Source: Bacteroidota bacterium (GTDB taxonomy: Bacteria; Bacteroidota; Bacteroidia; Bacteroidales; FEN-979). From it: a DNA stretch of 64,000 nucleotides. The translations under genes and the position numbers were made by a program. Where the stretch lies: positions 6,603-70,602 of the forward strand of contig JBDROF010000006.1 in the NCBI GenBank assembly GCA_043810345.1, given 5' to 3'. Below, piece after piece: positions 1 to 9,483 of the stretch (its first letter is position 1; each line of letters begins with the position of its first letter). The notes beneath the pieces were generated by a model. That model searched no databases. It saw nothing but the letters and a program-made list of their open reading frames with translations, and was not told the DNA's origin.

Positions 1-600
1 ACAGAGCAGTACCTGCGGCAGTTCCATGTATTCACCATTGCCGATGCCAAGCGTGGCGATATTGGAAACACCTCCAAGCAATACGCCAGGGCGATGTTTG
101 ACCCCGAATCCTCGGGGCTGGATTTTGATGCGGTGACCGTTGCCCCCTATATGGGTGAAGATTCGGTTAAACCGTTCCTTGAATTTGACGACAAGTGGGT
201 GATCCTGCTGGCGCTTACGTCTAATGCAGGATCCGACGATTTCCAGATGATGACCTCGAAAGAGACCAATTTCCGCTTCTTCGAGGAGGTCATGATCAGA
301 TCCCTGAGCTGGGGCACCGAATCCAATATGATGTATGTGGTAGGAGCTACAAGGGCAGAGAAGCTCGAACAGATCCGCAACCTGGTTCCAGACCATTTCC
401 TGCTGATCCCCGGTGTGGGAGCCCAGGGAGGAACCCTGGAGGAGGTGTCGAAGTACGGGTTGAACAAAGATTGCGGATTACTGGTCAACTCCTCAAGAGG
501 AATTATCTATGCATCAAACGGGGAAGATTTTGCTGAAAAGGCCCGGGAGGAGGCGCTGAAATTGCAACAGGAAATGTCACAATACCTGACATCCCGATAA
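1..600 (+). CDS. pyrF: orotidine 5'-phosphate decarboxylase, type 2 (5' end outside window)
   Basis: Frame 1 is open from base 1. Translation ...[19 protein letters not shown]...[11 protein letters not shown]... carries the type-2 OMP decarboxylase motifs. TAA at 598-600. Confidence 0.85.
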   Translation, partial: TEQYLRQFHVFTIADAKRGDIGNTSKQYARAMFDPESSGLDFDAVTVAPYMGEDSVKPFLEFDDKWVILLALTSNAGSDDFQMMTSKETNFRFFEEVMIRSLSWGTESNMMYVVGATRAEKLEQIRNLVPDHFLLIPGVGAQGGTLEEVSKYGLNKDCGLLVNSSRGIIYASNGEDFAEKAREEALKLQQEMSQYLTSR

Positions 601-613
601 TCTCACCATCTCA

Positions 614-650
614 CTATTTCGCTATTTCGCTATTTCGCTATTTCGCTATC
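614..650. repeat. (CTATTTCG)x4.6 tandem array
   Basis: Read directly. It overlaps the last codons and stop of ilvE. Confidence 0.9.
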
Positions 651-1664
651 TAATATGGTTATCCACCCCCATTTATCCGGCTCCTCCCCCTCCTGGATGG
701 CACGCAGTTTTCTGTAGAGTTTCTCTGAAACCTTTCCTGCTTTTCCCTCCTTACAATAATGGTATCCATGCGTGGTGTCGCGATCGATGATCGAGCAGAT
801 GGGTGAGATCACTGCTGCAGTGCCGCAAGCTCCTACCTCCTCAAATTCGGCCAGTTCCTCAACCGGAACGGGACGTACCTCTACCTCCAGTCCAAGCTCT
901 TTGGCAAGCACCTGCAATGACTTGTTGGTGATGGAGGGAAGGATGGAGCTGGAGGCGGGCGTTACATAAGTGTTTCCTTTGATCCCGAAGAAGTTGGCCG
1001 GACCGGCTTCATCGATATACTTCTCCTCTGCTGCATCCAGAAAGAGGACCGATGCATACCCATCCTGGTGTGCACGGTGGGCAGGAACAAGGCTGGCTGC
1101 GTAGTTTCCGCCCACCTTGATATGGCCGGTTCCTTTGGGAGCTGCACGGTGGTAATCCCGAACGATCTCCATCTTCACCGGGTTGAATCCTTCTTTGAAG
1201 TAAGGACCCACGGGTCCGACAAACACCAGGAAAAGATATTCGGTAGCTGGTTTGACACCGACCTGGGGACCGGTACCAAGGAGGAGAGGACGGATGTAAA
1301 GGGAGGCTCCCTCTCCAAAGGGTGGCACGTATGCCTGGTTCAGCCTGACTGCCGTAAGTACAGCTTCATGAAAAAGTTCCCACGGCACCTCGGCCATCAT
1401 GATCCCCCGGGCCGAGTTGTTCATCCGTTTCCAGTTTTCATCCATCCGGAAGATACGGATCTTTCCGTCTCTTCCGCGAAATGCTTTCAGCCCCTCAAAC
1501 GCCTCCTGCCCATAATGGAGACAGGTGGCAGCCATGTGCATGGTGATCTGTTCGGAAGAGGAGATCTCCAGTTCCCCCCACCGGCCATCGCGGTAGTAAG
1601 AACGTACATTGAAGTCGGTCTTGAAATAACCGAAGGGAAGGTTTTTCCAATCAATCTGGTTCAT
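630..1664 (-). CDS. ilvE: branched-chain amino acid aminotransferase
   Basis: 344-aa ORF with a class IV aminotransferase-like sequence (EGLKAFR, GGNYAASL, CGTAAVISP). The last 6 codons and the TAG lie inside the 8-bp repeat array. Confidence 0.9.
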   Translation of the reverse strand: MNQIDWKNLPFGYFKTDFNVRSYYRDGRWGELEISSSEQITMHMAATCLHYGQEAFEGLKAFRGRDGKIRIFRMDENWKRMNNSARGIMMAEVPWELFHEAVLTAVRLNQAYVPPFGEGASLYIRPLLLGTGPQVGVKPATEYLFLVFVGPVGPYFKEGFNPVKMEIVRDYHRAAPKGTGHIKVGGNYAASLVPAHRAHQDGYASVLFLDAAEEKYIDEAGPANFFGIKGNTYVTPASSSILPSITNKSLQVLAKELGLEVEVRPVPVEELAEFEEVGACGTAAVISPICSIIDRDTTHGYHYCKEGKAGKVSEKLYRKLRAIQEGEEPDKWGWITILDSEIAK

Positions 1665-1783
1665 AGATCAGGTGTTTAGGTTATTCAGTTCAGGACAATA
1701 CTGTAAAAGTAGAAAAAAAATCACATTTACTAACAATCTGTTAACATCCGCATAGTGGAACTAAATTTTCCCTTTTTTTTTCG

Positions 1784-1791
1784 TATATTTG
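1784..1791 (+). promoter_or_regulatory. Bacteroidota-type -7 promoter box
   Basis: TATATTTG (TAnnTTTG), 26 nt before the ATG at 1817. Confidence 0.4.
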
Positions 1792-1816
1792 TTATCAACA
1801 ATCAGTTTACAATGGC

Positions 1817-2221
1817 ATGAAAAGCAGATACGCCACCGCCCTGACCATTGCGATGTTCACCCTGTTCCTGGTGTTTTCAACCGGATGCAGAAAAGAGTTC
1901 GTCATCATTGATCCCAGACCGGGTCCTGACAACCCCCTGGAACTCGTGGTGAACAACACATTCGACTGGAAGACCAGCCGGAACATCACCCTGGTGGTGA
2001 CCGGGCTTCAAGTACCTGTCAGCATCCGAAATACGCTGCAGGTAAAATCGACAAACGAAGAGAAGGTCTACCTCAGAAACCAGCTTTTTATGAACCGGAA
2101 TTATACCCTGAAATTTACGATTCCGGCTTACGATACAGCAGTAATCATCACCTACGGATCGATCAGGAAAACAGTTGACGCTACTCCTGAAGTGATCTAT
2201 TTTAATTATCATTTACAATAA
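1817..2221 (+). CDS. hypothetical lipoprotein
   Basis: 134-aa ORF with an N-terminal signal peptide and a lipobox-like VFSTGC. It sits 8 nt upstream of the LruC-domain gene, and a TAtaTTTG box lies 26 nt upstream. Confidence 0.5.
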   Translation: MKSRYATALTIAMFTLFLVFSTGCRKEFVIIDPRPGPDNPLELVVNNTFDWKTSRNITLVVTGLQVPVSIRNTLQVKSTNEEKVYLRNQLFMNRNYTLKFTIPAYDTAVIITYGSIRKTVDATPEVIYFNYHLQ

Positions 2222-2229
2222 AATCAACC

Positions 2230-3657
2230 ATGGTGAAGTATTTTCTGTTCATAATCATTTCGTTTATTTTCCTTGTGGCAACACCTTCCGCCTTCAGTCA
2301 ATATGAGGTCGACTTTAATTCAGGTAACACAAATTATTACGAAGCGCTTTGCTGGAATATTGAAGAAGCCTCGGTCAACACATCGCAACCCATTGAAGGA
2401 AGCAGGTCTATCCGGACCTCCAAACTGGACGATGACATCGGGATCATTATATCCCCCTGGGTGCTTCTTTCCGGTTCCGGTAATCTTACCTTCAAGCACC
2501 GGATCTACAATTTTGACGGCACGCGGAATCTAAAGGTCTACATTATCAGTGAGGCCAATCCAGGCGGGGATCTTCTCTTCGATTATAACTATTCGAACGG
2601 AGTCACCATCACCTCCGCCATCTCAGTTTCCCAGAGCGGGTTATATCAATTCAAGTGGCGTTTCTCCGGGTCCGGTGGAGACTCCAGGGGACAACTGGAT
2701 GTCATCTCTATCCCCGGCACCTATGCTTCGGATCCATCCAATAATTGTGCCCCCATCAACCCCAATCCGGATACCGACGGGGATGGGGTTCCCGATAGTG
2801 AGGATGACTATCCCACCGATCAGTACCGTGCTTACAACAACTTTTATCCGGCAACCGGGCAGTCGACCCTGGCGTATGAAGACCTCTGGCCATCCAGCGG
2901 GGATTACGACCTGAACGACGTAGTAATTGGATACAGTTTCAAAATTGTAACCAATGCCGACGATAATGTGGTAGATCTGATCGGCACCTTTGTGCTTCGT
3001 GCCTCCGGGGCCGGACTGCACAACGGATTCGGCTTTCAGCTTCCGGATGTAGCTCCCACCTCCGTCATTAGCACCACGGGGTATGATGTACTTCCTTCGG
3101 CCGGCTATACGTTTGGATCCAATGGCCTGGAAACCGGTCAAACCTATGCCACCGTGATCGTGTTTGACGACTTCTTCAGGTTCCTGGTCCCATCAGGCGG
3201 CGGTACCGGGGTCAACACCTCGGCCGGTCAAACTCCAGTTCCATATGATACAATAACCGTCACGATGGTCTTTATGAATAACGGCACCCCCGGAGCCGGT
3301 GGGGTAGTGAGCCTTACCACCCTGAACATCTCTGAGTTCAATCCCTTCATCATCGCCAGGATGGAACGGGGAAGAGAGGTTCATCTCCCCGATTGCGAAC
3401 CTACTGACAAAGCCGACACAACCTTATTCGGCATCGGGGACGACGACACCAACCCTGTCACCGGGAAATATTATAAAACCGACGCCAATTTACCGTGGGC
3501 ACTGAATATCTATGAAACGTTTGATTACCCGCTGGAGGAGGTCTCGATCATTGATGCCTACCTGAAATTCGGCGATTGGGTGGAAAGCAACGGAGTACAA
3601 TACCCCGACTGGTACCAGGATAATGCAGGATACAGGAATGCGGCTAATATTTATTAA
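2230..3657 (+). CDS. LruC domain-containing secreted protein
   Basis: Signal peptide, a thrombospondin-type-3-like DTDGDGVPDSEDDYPTD, then AYEDLWPSSGDYDLNDVVIGY. I recall the latter as the LruC/DUF4842 signature. Confidence 0.65.
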   Translation: MVKYFLFIIISFIFLVATPSAFSQYEVDFNSGNTNYYEALCWNIEEASVNTSQPIEGSRSIRTSKLDDDIGIIISPWVLLSGSGNLTFKHRIYNFDGTRNLKVYIISEANPGGDLLFDYNYSNGVTITSAISVSQSGLYQFKWRFSGSGGDSRGQLDVISIPGTYASDPSNNCAPINPNPDTDGDGVPDSEDDYPTDQYRAYNNFYPATGQSTLAYEDLWPSSGDYDLNDVVIGYSFKIVTNADDNVVDLIGTFVLRASGAGLHNGFGFQLPDVAPTSVISTTGYDVLPSAGYTFGSNGLETGQTYATVIVFDDFFRFLVPSGGGTGVNTSAGQTPVPYDTITVTMVFMNNGTPGAGGVVSLTTLNISEFNPFIIARMERGREVHLPDCEPTDKADTTLFGIGDDDTNPVTGKYYKTDANLPWALNIYETFDYPLEEVSIIDAYLKFGDWVESNGVQYPDWYQDNAGYRNAANIY

Positions 3658-3688
3658 CGTGGGCCGTTAGACGAGGGTAAAAATGTGT

Positions 3689-3696
3689 TATATTTG
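3689..3696 (+). promoter_or_regulatory. Bacteroidota-type -7 promoter box (Fic gene)
   Basis: TATATTTG, 53 nt before the ATG at 3749. Confidence 0.4.
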
Positions 3697-3748
3697 CCCT
3701 TGTAAATTAAACGAAGGCAACATTCACCTTTGTTGAAAAAAAGAGATT

Positions 3749-4831
3749 ATGGCATTCAATCCTGAGAATCCATATAACGAGCTCCCTTTGTTGCCCCCTT
3801 CAGCAGAGATAGAGAACGCCACTATTTTGAAAAAGACTATCGGGGCAAGCCGTGCATTGTCGGAACTTAAAGGTGTAATTACCAGCTTACCCAATCCAAC
3901 CTTGTTCATTGATACTATCAATTTACAGGAAGCACAGGCAAGTTCAGCAATTGAAAATATTATTACTACTCAGGATGAACTTTTTAAAGCATCTGTTGCC
4001 GGAAAAAAATCAGTCAGTCCGGCCACAAAGGAGGTGCTGCATTACAAGGATGCTCTTTGGTGGGGTGTGGCACGGATTAATAGAAGACCAATCCTAACAA
4101 CTAATCTCTTTGTGACTTTGATGCAAATTATCAAAGAGAATCAATCTGGAATCCGCAATGTGCCTGGTACACAGTTGAAAAATCCGGTTACTGGCCGGGT
4201 GGTTTACACCCCTCCCGAAGGGGAAAACGTAATCAGAGAGAAACTAAAAAATCTGGAGGACTTCATTCATGCGGTTGATGGCATAGATCCATTGGTAAAA
4301 ATGGCTATCCTGCATTATCAGTTTGAATCAATTCATCCGTTTTTTGATGGGAATGGCCGTACCGGCCGGATTATCCTGTTGCTTTACCTTAAACTGACCG
4401 GACTTTTAGATATTCCTGCATTATATCTGAGTGATTATATTAGTAGGCACAAAAATGACTATTACGAATTTCTCCGACGGGTTACTGAAGAAAATGACTG
4501 GCAGAGCTGGATTCTATATATGCTGGACATGATTGAACAAACCGCGATGAAGGGTCGTCAGCAAATAACCGAAATTGAACAATTGATGGGTCAAACCAGC
4601 AAAGAAATTCAGCAAAAGCTTCCAAAAGTCTATTCCAAAGACCTGATAGAAGTTCTTTTCAAATTACCTTATACCAAACGCTCACATCTGGAAATTGCCG
4701 GACTTGGAAACCTGAAAACCGTTGGCAGCTACCTTGCAGCATTGGAAAAGGCAGGTATTCTGAAAAGCGAACGGGTTGGGAAAGAAAAATTGTACCTGAA
4801 CGATAAATTATTAGCAGTGCTAAAAAAATAG
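3749..4831 (+). CDS. Fic family protein (AMPylase-type)
   Basis: Canonical Fic motif HPFFDGNGRTGR, an N-terminal Fic_N-like region and a C-terminal wHTH-like tail. Confidence 0.9.
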   Translation: MAFNPENPYNELPLLPPSAEIENATILKKTIGASRALSELKGVITSLPNPTLFIDTINLQEAQASSAIENIITTQDELFKASVAGKKSVSPATKEVLHYKDALWWGVARINRRPILTTNLFVTLMQIIKENQSGIRNVPGTQLKNPVTGRVVYTPPEGENVIREKLKNLEDFIHAVDGIDPLVKMAILHYQFESIHPFFDGNGRTGRIILLLYLKLTGLLDIPALYLSDYISRHKNDYYEFLRRVTEENDWQSWILYMLDMIEQTAMKGRQQITEIEQLMGQTSKEIQQKLPKVYSKDLIEVLFKLPYTKRSHLEIAGLGNLKTVGSYLAALEKAGILKSERVGKEKLYLNDKLLAVLKK

Positions 4832-4835
4832 AGGA

Positions 4836-4858
4836 CTGCCAACTGCCAACTGCCAACT
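4836..4858. repeat. (CTGCCAA)x3.3 heptamer array
   Basis: Read directly, starting 5 nt after the Fic stop codon. Confidence 0.9.
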
Positions 4859-5459
4859 AGCGTCCGACAGGCACCGTAAAGCTAAAGGTGCTTCCTTTCC
4901 CCTCTTCACTCTCCACCCATATCTTTCCGCCGTGTTTATCGATAAACTCCTTACACAGAATCAATCCTAAACCGGTTCCCTTCTCATCGGCTGTGCCCCT
5001 GGTGCTGTATTTGCTTTCGATCCTGAAGAGTTTCTGAATATCCTCTTTCGGAATCCCAATACCGGAATCCCTGATGGAAATCTTAACCTGATCGTCGTCC
5101 AAGCTCACGGAAACAACGATCTCACCGCCAAATGGGGTATATTTGACCGCGTTGGAGATCAGATTTCTCAGCACTGTCCGGATCATGTGCTGATCCCCAA
5201 AGGCCATGGGATCATCTTTCATCGCAATGGCTATCCGGATACCTTTATTCGAGGCGGGACCATCCATCAACGAGATGCTCTCTTCAATAAGACTTCTCAG
5301 GTTGACCGGCTGAGGGCTGAACACAATTTGACCGGTTTGGGCATTGGCCCAGACCAGAAGGTTTTCGAGCAACTCAAAGGCTTTCTCAGAAGAGTTTTTT
5401 ATGGTTGTCAGGAGGTTTTTGATTCTATTTTCATCCAAACCTGCAAAATTTTCCAACAA
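4857..5459 (-). CDS. sensor histidine kinase, C-terminal fragment (HATPase_c); 3' part of a frameshifted gene
   Basis: N-box NLISNAVKYT, plus DSGIGIP and GTGLGL. The H-box (IAHDLKSPFNAILG) is readable just upstream in this frame. Confidence 0.75.
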   Translation of the reverse strand: MLENFAGLDENRIKNLLTTIKNSSEKAFELLENLLVWANAQTGQIVFSPQPVNLRSLIEESISLMDGPASNKGIRIAIAMKDDPMAFGDQHMIRTVLRNLISNAVKYTPFGGEIVVSVSLDDDQVKISIRDSGIGIPKEDIQKLFRIESKYSTRGTADEKGTGLGLILCKEFIDKHGGKIWVESEEGKGSTFSFTVPVGR

Positions 5460-5497
5460 CGCATTTGTCAGTCCCAGGATAGCATTAAACGGGCTCT

Positions 5498-6295
5498 TCA
5501 GATCATGGGCAATGTGGAGAAGAATTTATCCTTGGTGGCATTCAGTTCCTGTAACATCCTAGTGTGCTCCTCAAGTTCCGCTTCCACCAGTTTACGATTG
5601 GTTATGTCGCGGAAAATGCCGAAGGTTCCGGTGAATGCTCCTTCACTGTTTATCTGTGGAGTGGCGGTCACAAGCAAATTTAAGACCTTGGCAAGCTGAT
5701 CCGGAAGAAGAAAGTCTTTCACCGTATGTCCCACCAAGCCTCCCGGAGGAACCCCAAAAATCCGTTCTGCTGCCGGATTGGCAAACACGAAGTGTTCATT
5801 CGGATCAACCAACCCGATCCCTTCGCCCTGGTTCTCGACAATCAGCCTGTACCGTTCTTCGCTTTCCTGTAAAGCCTTTTCCAAATTTTTACGTTCGGTG
5901 ATATCCATGGCATATTCGATGACTTGTGAAAGGTTGCCATCTTTGTCGAGTACAGGATAAGCATGTACTTCGACATTCCTCGGACAGCCGTCTTTGCCCG
6001 TATGAACATGCTCTAATACTACGGGCTTCCGGGTAGATTTAATGATGTCAACCGGGCAGGGATGATCTTCCCCTCCGCAAGGTACAGGTATGCCATGGGA
6101 TAGCGCATGGCAGGTCGTTTTATTCATCACGCCATCCCATCCACTTGCTCTATTCCCCATCTGGACAGTATAATCATCAGGGTCTATAACGCAGAAAGGA
6201 TAAGGCAAGGATTCAATTATTGTGTTAAACCATTCATTCTGTTTTATTTCTATTTTCATTATGAACCAGATATTAATTTTCTGTAATTGTTTCAT
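5498..6295 (-). CDS. PAS-domain sensor fragment; 5' part of the same frameshifted histidine kinase
   Basis: Two PAS-like modules. It ends ...NATKDKFFSTLPMI*, exactly where the H-box should begin. Confidence 0.7.
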   Translation of the reverse strand: MKQLQKINIWFIMKIEIKQNEWFNTIIESLPYPFCVIDPDDYTVQMGNRASGWDGVMNKTTCHALSHGIPVPCGGEDHPCPVDIIKSTRKPVVLEHVHTGKDGCPRNVEVHAYPVLDKDGNLSQVIEYAMDITERKNLEKALQESEERYRLIVENQGEGIGLVDPNEHFVFANPAAERIFGVPPGGLVGHTVKDFLLPDQLAKVLNLLVTATPQINSEGAFTGTFGIFRDITNRKLVEAELEEHTRMLQELNATKDKFFSTLPMI

Positions 6296-7406
6296 GCATA
6301 TATTTATCGATCATCTGATAGAGGTCAGCTTTCCGGATCGGTTTGGTCAGCAGGTCATTGCATCCCTCGGTGATGGCTGCCTCCCGGTCAGCGGGCATGG
6401 CATAGGCGGTTTGCGCAAGAATGGGGAGTTGGGGGTTGGCTTCCCGGATCAGCTGGGTCGCTTCGAATCCGTCCATCACCGGCATCTTCAGGTCCATCAG
6501 CACCAGGTCAATGTGTGGATTTTCGGTGTACAGCTCAACAGCCTCCTGGCCATTTCGTGCCCAAAGTATAGAGAGCTCCATGGCAGATACTAAGATATCC
6601 AGCAATTCAAAATTCGACTCTTCATCTTCTGCTACCAATACTGTTTTGCCCGGGTATTTCATCATTCCTGCAGGTTTGGCTGGTGGTTCAGCTTGTTCGA
6701 CAGGTTTCTTCACTTCCATGGGGATGGTAAAATAAAAAGTTGATCCCAGCCCCACTTCCGATTCCACCCAGATGGTGCCCCCTAACAGCTCTACCAGTTT
6801 TCTGGCAATCGATAATCCGATACCGGTGCCGCCGTGGGTGCGGGTATGCGATTCATCGGCCTGGCGGAACAGGTCAAAGATAATTTGCTGCATATTTTGC
6901 GGTATTCCTATCCCGGTATCCCTGACGAAAAATTTCAAAAAGGTTATATCGTCCTTTACCTCCTGTTGAACCCCATATTCAATCGACCCCTCTTCCGTAA
7001 ATTTTAACGCATTCCTTACCAGGTTCATCAGAACCTGTTTCAGTTTTTCACAGTCAGTGAAGATCAACGGATCCGGATCCTTTTCCAGAGGCGTAAACAA
7101 CATGGTTATATCCGGTTTTTGGATTTTTATCTGTTCTTTTTTGATCAACCTGTCAATCTCCTCCAGAATCGCATTCAGGGAATGATTCTCTTTGTTTAAC
7201 TCCACCTTGCCGCTTTCAATGACTGAGATATTTAAAATATCTTCGATGATTCCCAGTAAATGGTACCCCCCTTTGTGAATGTGTTCTACAAATTCCAGAA
7301 TATCTTCCATAGAAGTTTCCCTGTCAATGAGCTGTGAAAAGCCAATTACAGCATTCAACGGGGTACGCAATTCATGCGACATGGTGGCCAGGAAAGCAGA
7401 TTTCAA
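6273..7406 (-). CDS. hybrid histidine kinase module (HisKA-HATPase-REC); downstream part of a gene interrupted by an in-frame TAA
   Basis: H-box SHELRTPLNAV, then DTGIGIP, GTGIGLS, and a C-terminal receiver (VLVAEDEESN...DLVLMDLKMP). Confidence 0.8.
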   Translation of the reverse strand: MKSAFLATMSHELRTPLNAVIGFSQLIDRETSMEDILEFVEHIHKGGYHLLGIIEDILNISVIESGKVELNKENHSLNAILEEIDRLIKKEQIKIQKPDITMLFTPLEKDPDPLIFTDCEKLKQVLMNLVRNALKFTEEGSIEYGVQQEVKDDITFLKFFVRDTGIGIPQNMQQIIFDLFRQADESHTRTHGGTGIGLSIARKLVELLGGTIWVESEVGLGSTFYFTIPMEVKKPVEQAEPPAKPAGMMKYPGKTVLVAEDEESNFELLDILVSAMELSILWARNGQEAVELYTENPHIDLVLMDLKMPVMDGFEATQLIREANPQLPILAQTAYAMPADREAAITEGCNDLLTKPIRKADLYQMIDKYMHETITEN

Positions 7407-7544
7407 CCTGTCCGACTTCTGCGCTTTTTCCAGAGCGATCTGCAGTTCCTTTTCAGCTTTCTTTCGTTCAATGGAGACACTGACCTGCTGGGAAACAAAC
7501 TCCAGTTTTTCCAGATCAGTCTCATCAAAGGCGTGCTTGTCGTT

Positions 7545-8909
7545 TTAATTTTGCAGCACCAGCACCCCCACCAGTTCACCATTTGATTTTAATGGGACCC
7601 CTAACCAGTTCGCGGCAGTGGTTCCGAACAGTTCAATCTCGCCTGCCTGGTGAAGCTTCAGAATCTCCTCTTTGGTGAACAACATGGGTCGGTGATGTTT
7701 GATGATATATCCTGACAGGGAACCTTCCGCCGGCCAGGAGGTCAGGCCATCTTTTTCTTCAATGGCATAAGGAGATGAAAACAGGTCATTTTCCTTGTCA
7801 TAAAAGGCAATGAAAAAATTGGTGGTGTCAACCAGTGTCCCAATCAGGGTTCGGATAGTCCCGATCAGCTCCTCAATCGTATTCGCCGTAATGGCAGCAT
7901 TTGCAATCTGGTAGAGTATTTTTTTCATCCTTTCCGATTCCATCCGTATAAAGGCGATTCCCAGCATAGTCCCGATCTCTTCAAAAAACCGGACCATGGG
8001 AAGGGTAAACCGGTTGGGCCGTTTGTCGTTCAACTGAAGCAACCCGACCACTTCATACCGGGAACACAATGGGATCAACGCAACCGATTCATACCCGTTT
8101 TGATTGCACCGGTTTCGTGTAAGGGCCGGCCAGTCTGCTTCGGATGTGTCGGCCAATAATTTGGTGGTAGAATTGGTCCAGAAACTCCCTCCTTCAGAAT
8201 AAAATGGCAGTGATGGATCATATTGTCCCCGGAGGATATTTCCACACATACACTCCAGCACCGGGTTCCCTGTTGAATCGAGCAGGAGCTCCCCGTTTTG
8301 GGTCCGGGAACACAGGTAATTCTCGGCTTCAATAAAATCGCCCGGAAAGCCGGTATATTCAAAGTAGGGATAATGCTGACCCTCTTTAAGCCGGATGCCG
8401 ACCGCTTCCATCCCGGTGGACTCCCGGATCTCTGCAAGAATGTCCCGGAGCAGCTTTTGCCAGATATTCTGCCGGTTCAGAATGGCAAGAATCCGGTTCA
8501 TCAGTTGCCGCTGGTTCTCAGCCTGTTTGCGTTCGATCGCATAGATGACCATTCGGGACAGGATGCGTTCATCCACCTCTCCTTTTATCAGGTAATCCTG
8601 TGCTCCTTTCTGAACAGCTTCCAGCCCCAGCGTCTCATCGTTTAAGCCCGTCAGCACAATGACGGGAACCGCCGGATTTGCAGCAATCAGGTGTACCACC
8701 GTATCGATCCCCTGACTGTCGGGCAATCCCAGGTCTAAAAGCACCACATCAACCTGGTTAGTCTCCAGATGATCTGTGCCTTCCGCCAGGGAGGTTTCGC
8801 AACGGATCTCGAAATCCTTTCCGGACAACCCGGTTAACGATGCCTGAATCAGCCGGGCATCGCCCGTGTTGTCTTCGATCAGAAGGATCTTGATTGTTTC
8901 TGGTTTCAT
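7545..8909 (-). CDS. response-receiver plus GAF-domain protein; upstream part of the TAA-interrupted hybrid kinase
   Basis: N-terminal REC (ILLIEDNTGD...VVLLDLGLPD) followed by two GAF-like regions. It ends ...GVLVLQN* in the same frame as the downstream HisKA module. Confidence 0.8.
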   Translation of the reverse strand: MKPETIKILLIEDNTGDARLIQASLTGLSGKDFEIRCETSLAEGTDHLETNQVDVVLLDLGLPDSQGIDTVVHLIAANPAVPVIVLTGLNDETLGLEAVQKGAQDYLIKGEVDERILSRMVIYAIERKQAENQRQLMNRILAILNRQNIWQKLLRDILAEIRESTGMEAVGIRLKEGQHYPYFEYTGFPGDFIEAENYLCSRTQNGELLLDSTGNPVLECMCGNILRGQYDPSLPFYSEGGSFWTNSTTKLLADTSEADWPALTRNRCNQNGYESVALIPLCSRYEVVGLLQLNDKRPNRFTLPMVRFFEEIGTMLGIAFIRMESERMKKILYQIANAAITANTIEELIGTIRTLIGTLVDTTNFFIAFYDKENDLFSSPYAIEEKDGLTSWPAEGSLSGYIIKHHRPMLFTKEEILKLHQAGEIELFGTTAANWLGVPLKSNGELVGVLVLQN

Positions 8910-8948
8910 AATTCCTTATTCCTCATTTTCTTCTTTCCTCTTCCCTCT

Positions 8949-8987
8949 TACCACCCCTCCCTAAATCCCTCCCCAACAAGGGAGGGA
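8949..8987. repeat. GC-tract hairpin element (intergenic copy)
   Basis: ...CCCTCCCTAAATCCCTCCCCAACAAGGGAGGGA. The 21 nt CCCTCCCCAACAAGGGAGGGA are identical to valS 36235-36255. Confidence 0.8.
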
Positions 8988-9003
8988 CTTTCTTCCCTGT
9001 TCC

Positions 9004-9450
9004 CTACTTCTCCCCATCCGGCAGTTTGACAATGGTGAGCCAGAACTCTTCGATGGAATGAACCACATCTATAAACCGGTTGAGGTCAAGTGGCTTGGTG
9101 ATGTAACAGTTGGCATGCAGGTTATAGCTTTTAATGATATCTTCTTCCGCTTGTGACATGGTGAGGATCACCACCGGGATCCACTGCAGTTTTTCATTGG
9201 TTTTGATCTCTTTCAGCACCTCCAGGCCGTTTTTCCTTGGCAGATTCAGGTCCAGCAGGATCAGACCCGGACGTGGGACATGGGTGAAAGGAGCCTCTTT
9301 CATTAAAAATTGCATGGCCTCCACGCCATCTTCTGCCACATAAAGGTTGTTTCTCAGCTTGCTGTCTTTCAGCGCCTCTTTGGCTAATCGGACATCTCCT
9401 GGATTGTCATCCACCAGCAAAATGTCAATGGGTTTTAAATCATTACTCAT
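9004..9450 (-). CDS. single-domain response regulator (Rcp1-like receiver)
   Basis: 148 aa with ILLVDDNPGDVRLAKEAL...LILLDLNLPRKNG...TKP. There is no output domain. Confidence 0.9.
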   Translation of the reverse strand: MSNDLKPIDILLVDDNPGDVRLAKEALKDSKLRNNLYVAEDGVEAMQFLMKEAPFTHVPRPGLILLDLNLPRKNGLEVLKEIKTNEKLQWIPVVILTMSQAEEDIIKSYNLHANCYITKPLDLNRFIDVVHSIEEFWLTIVKLPDGEK

Positions 9451-9483
9451 GGCTTGTTACTTTTCTCAATTTCTATTTTCATA

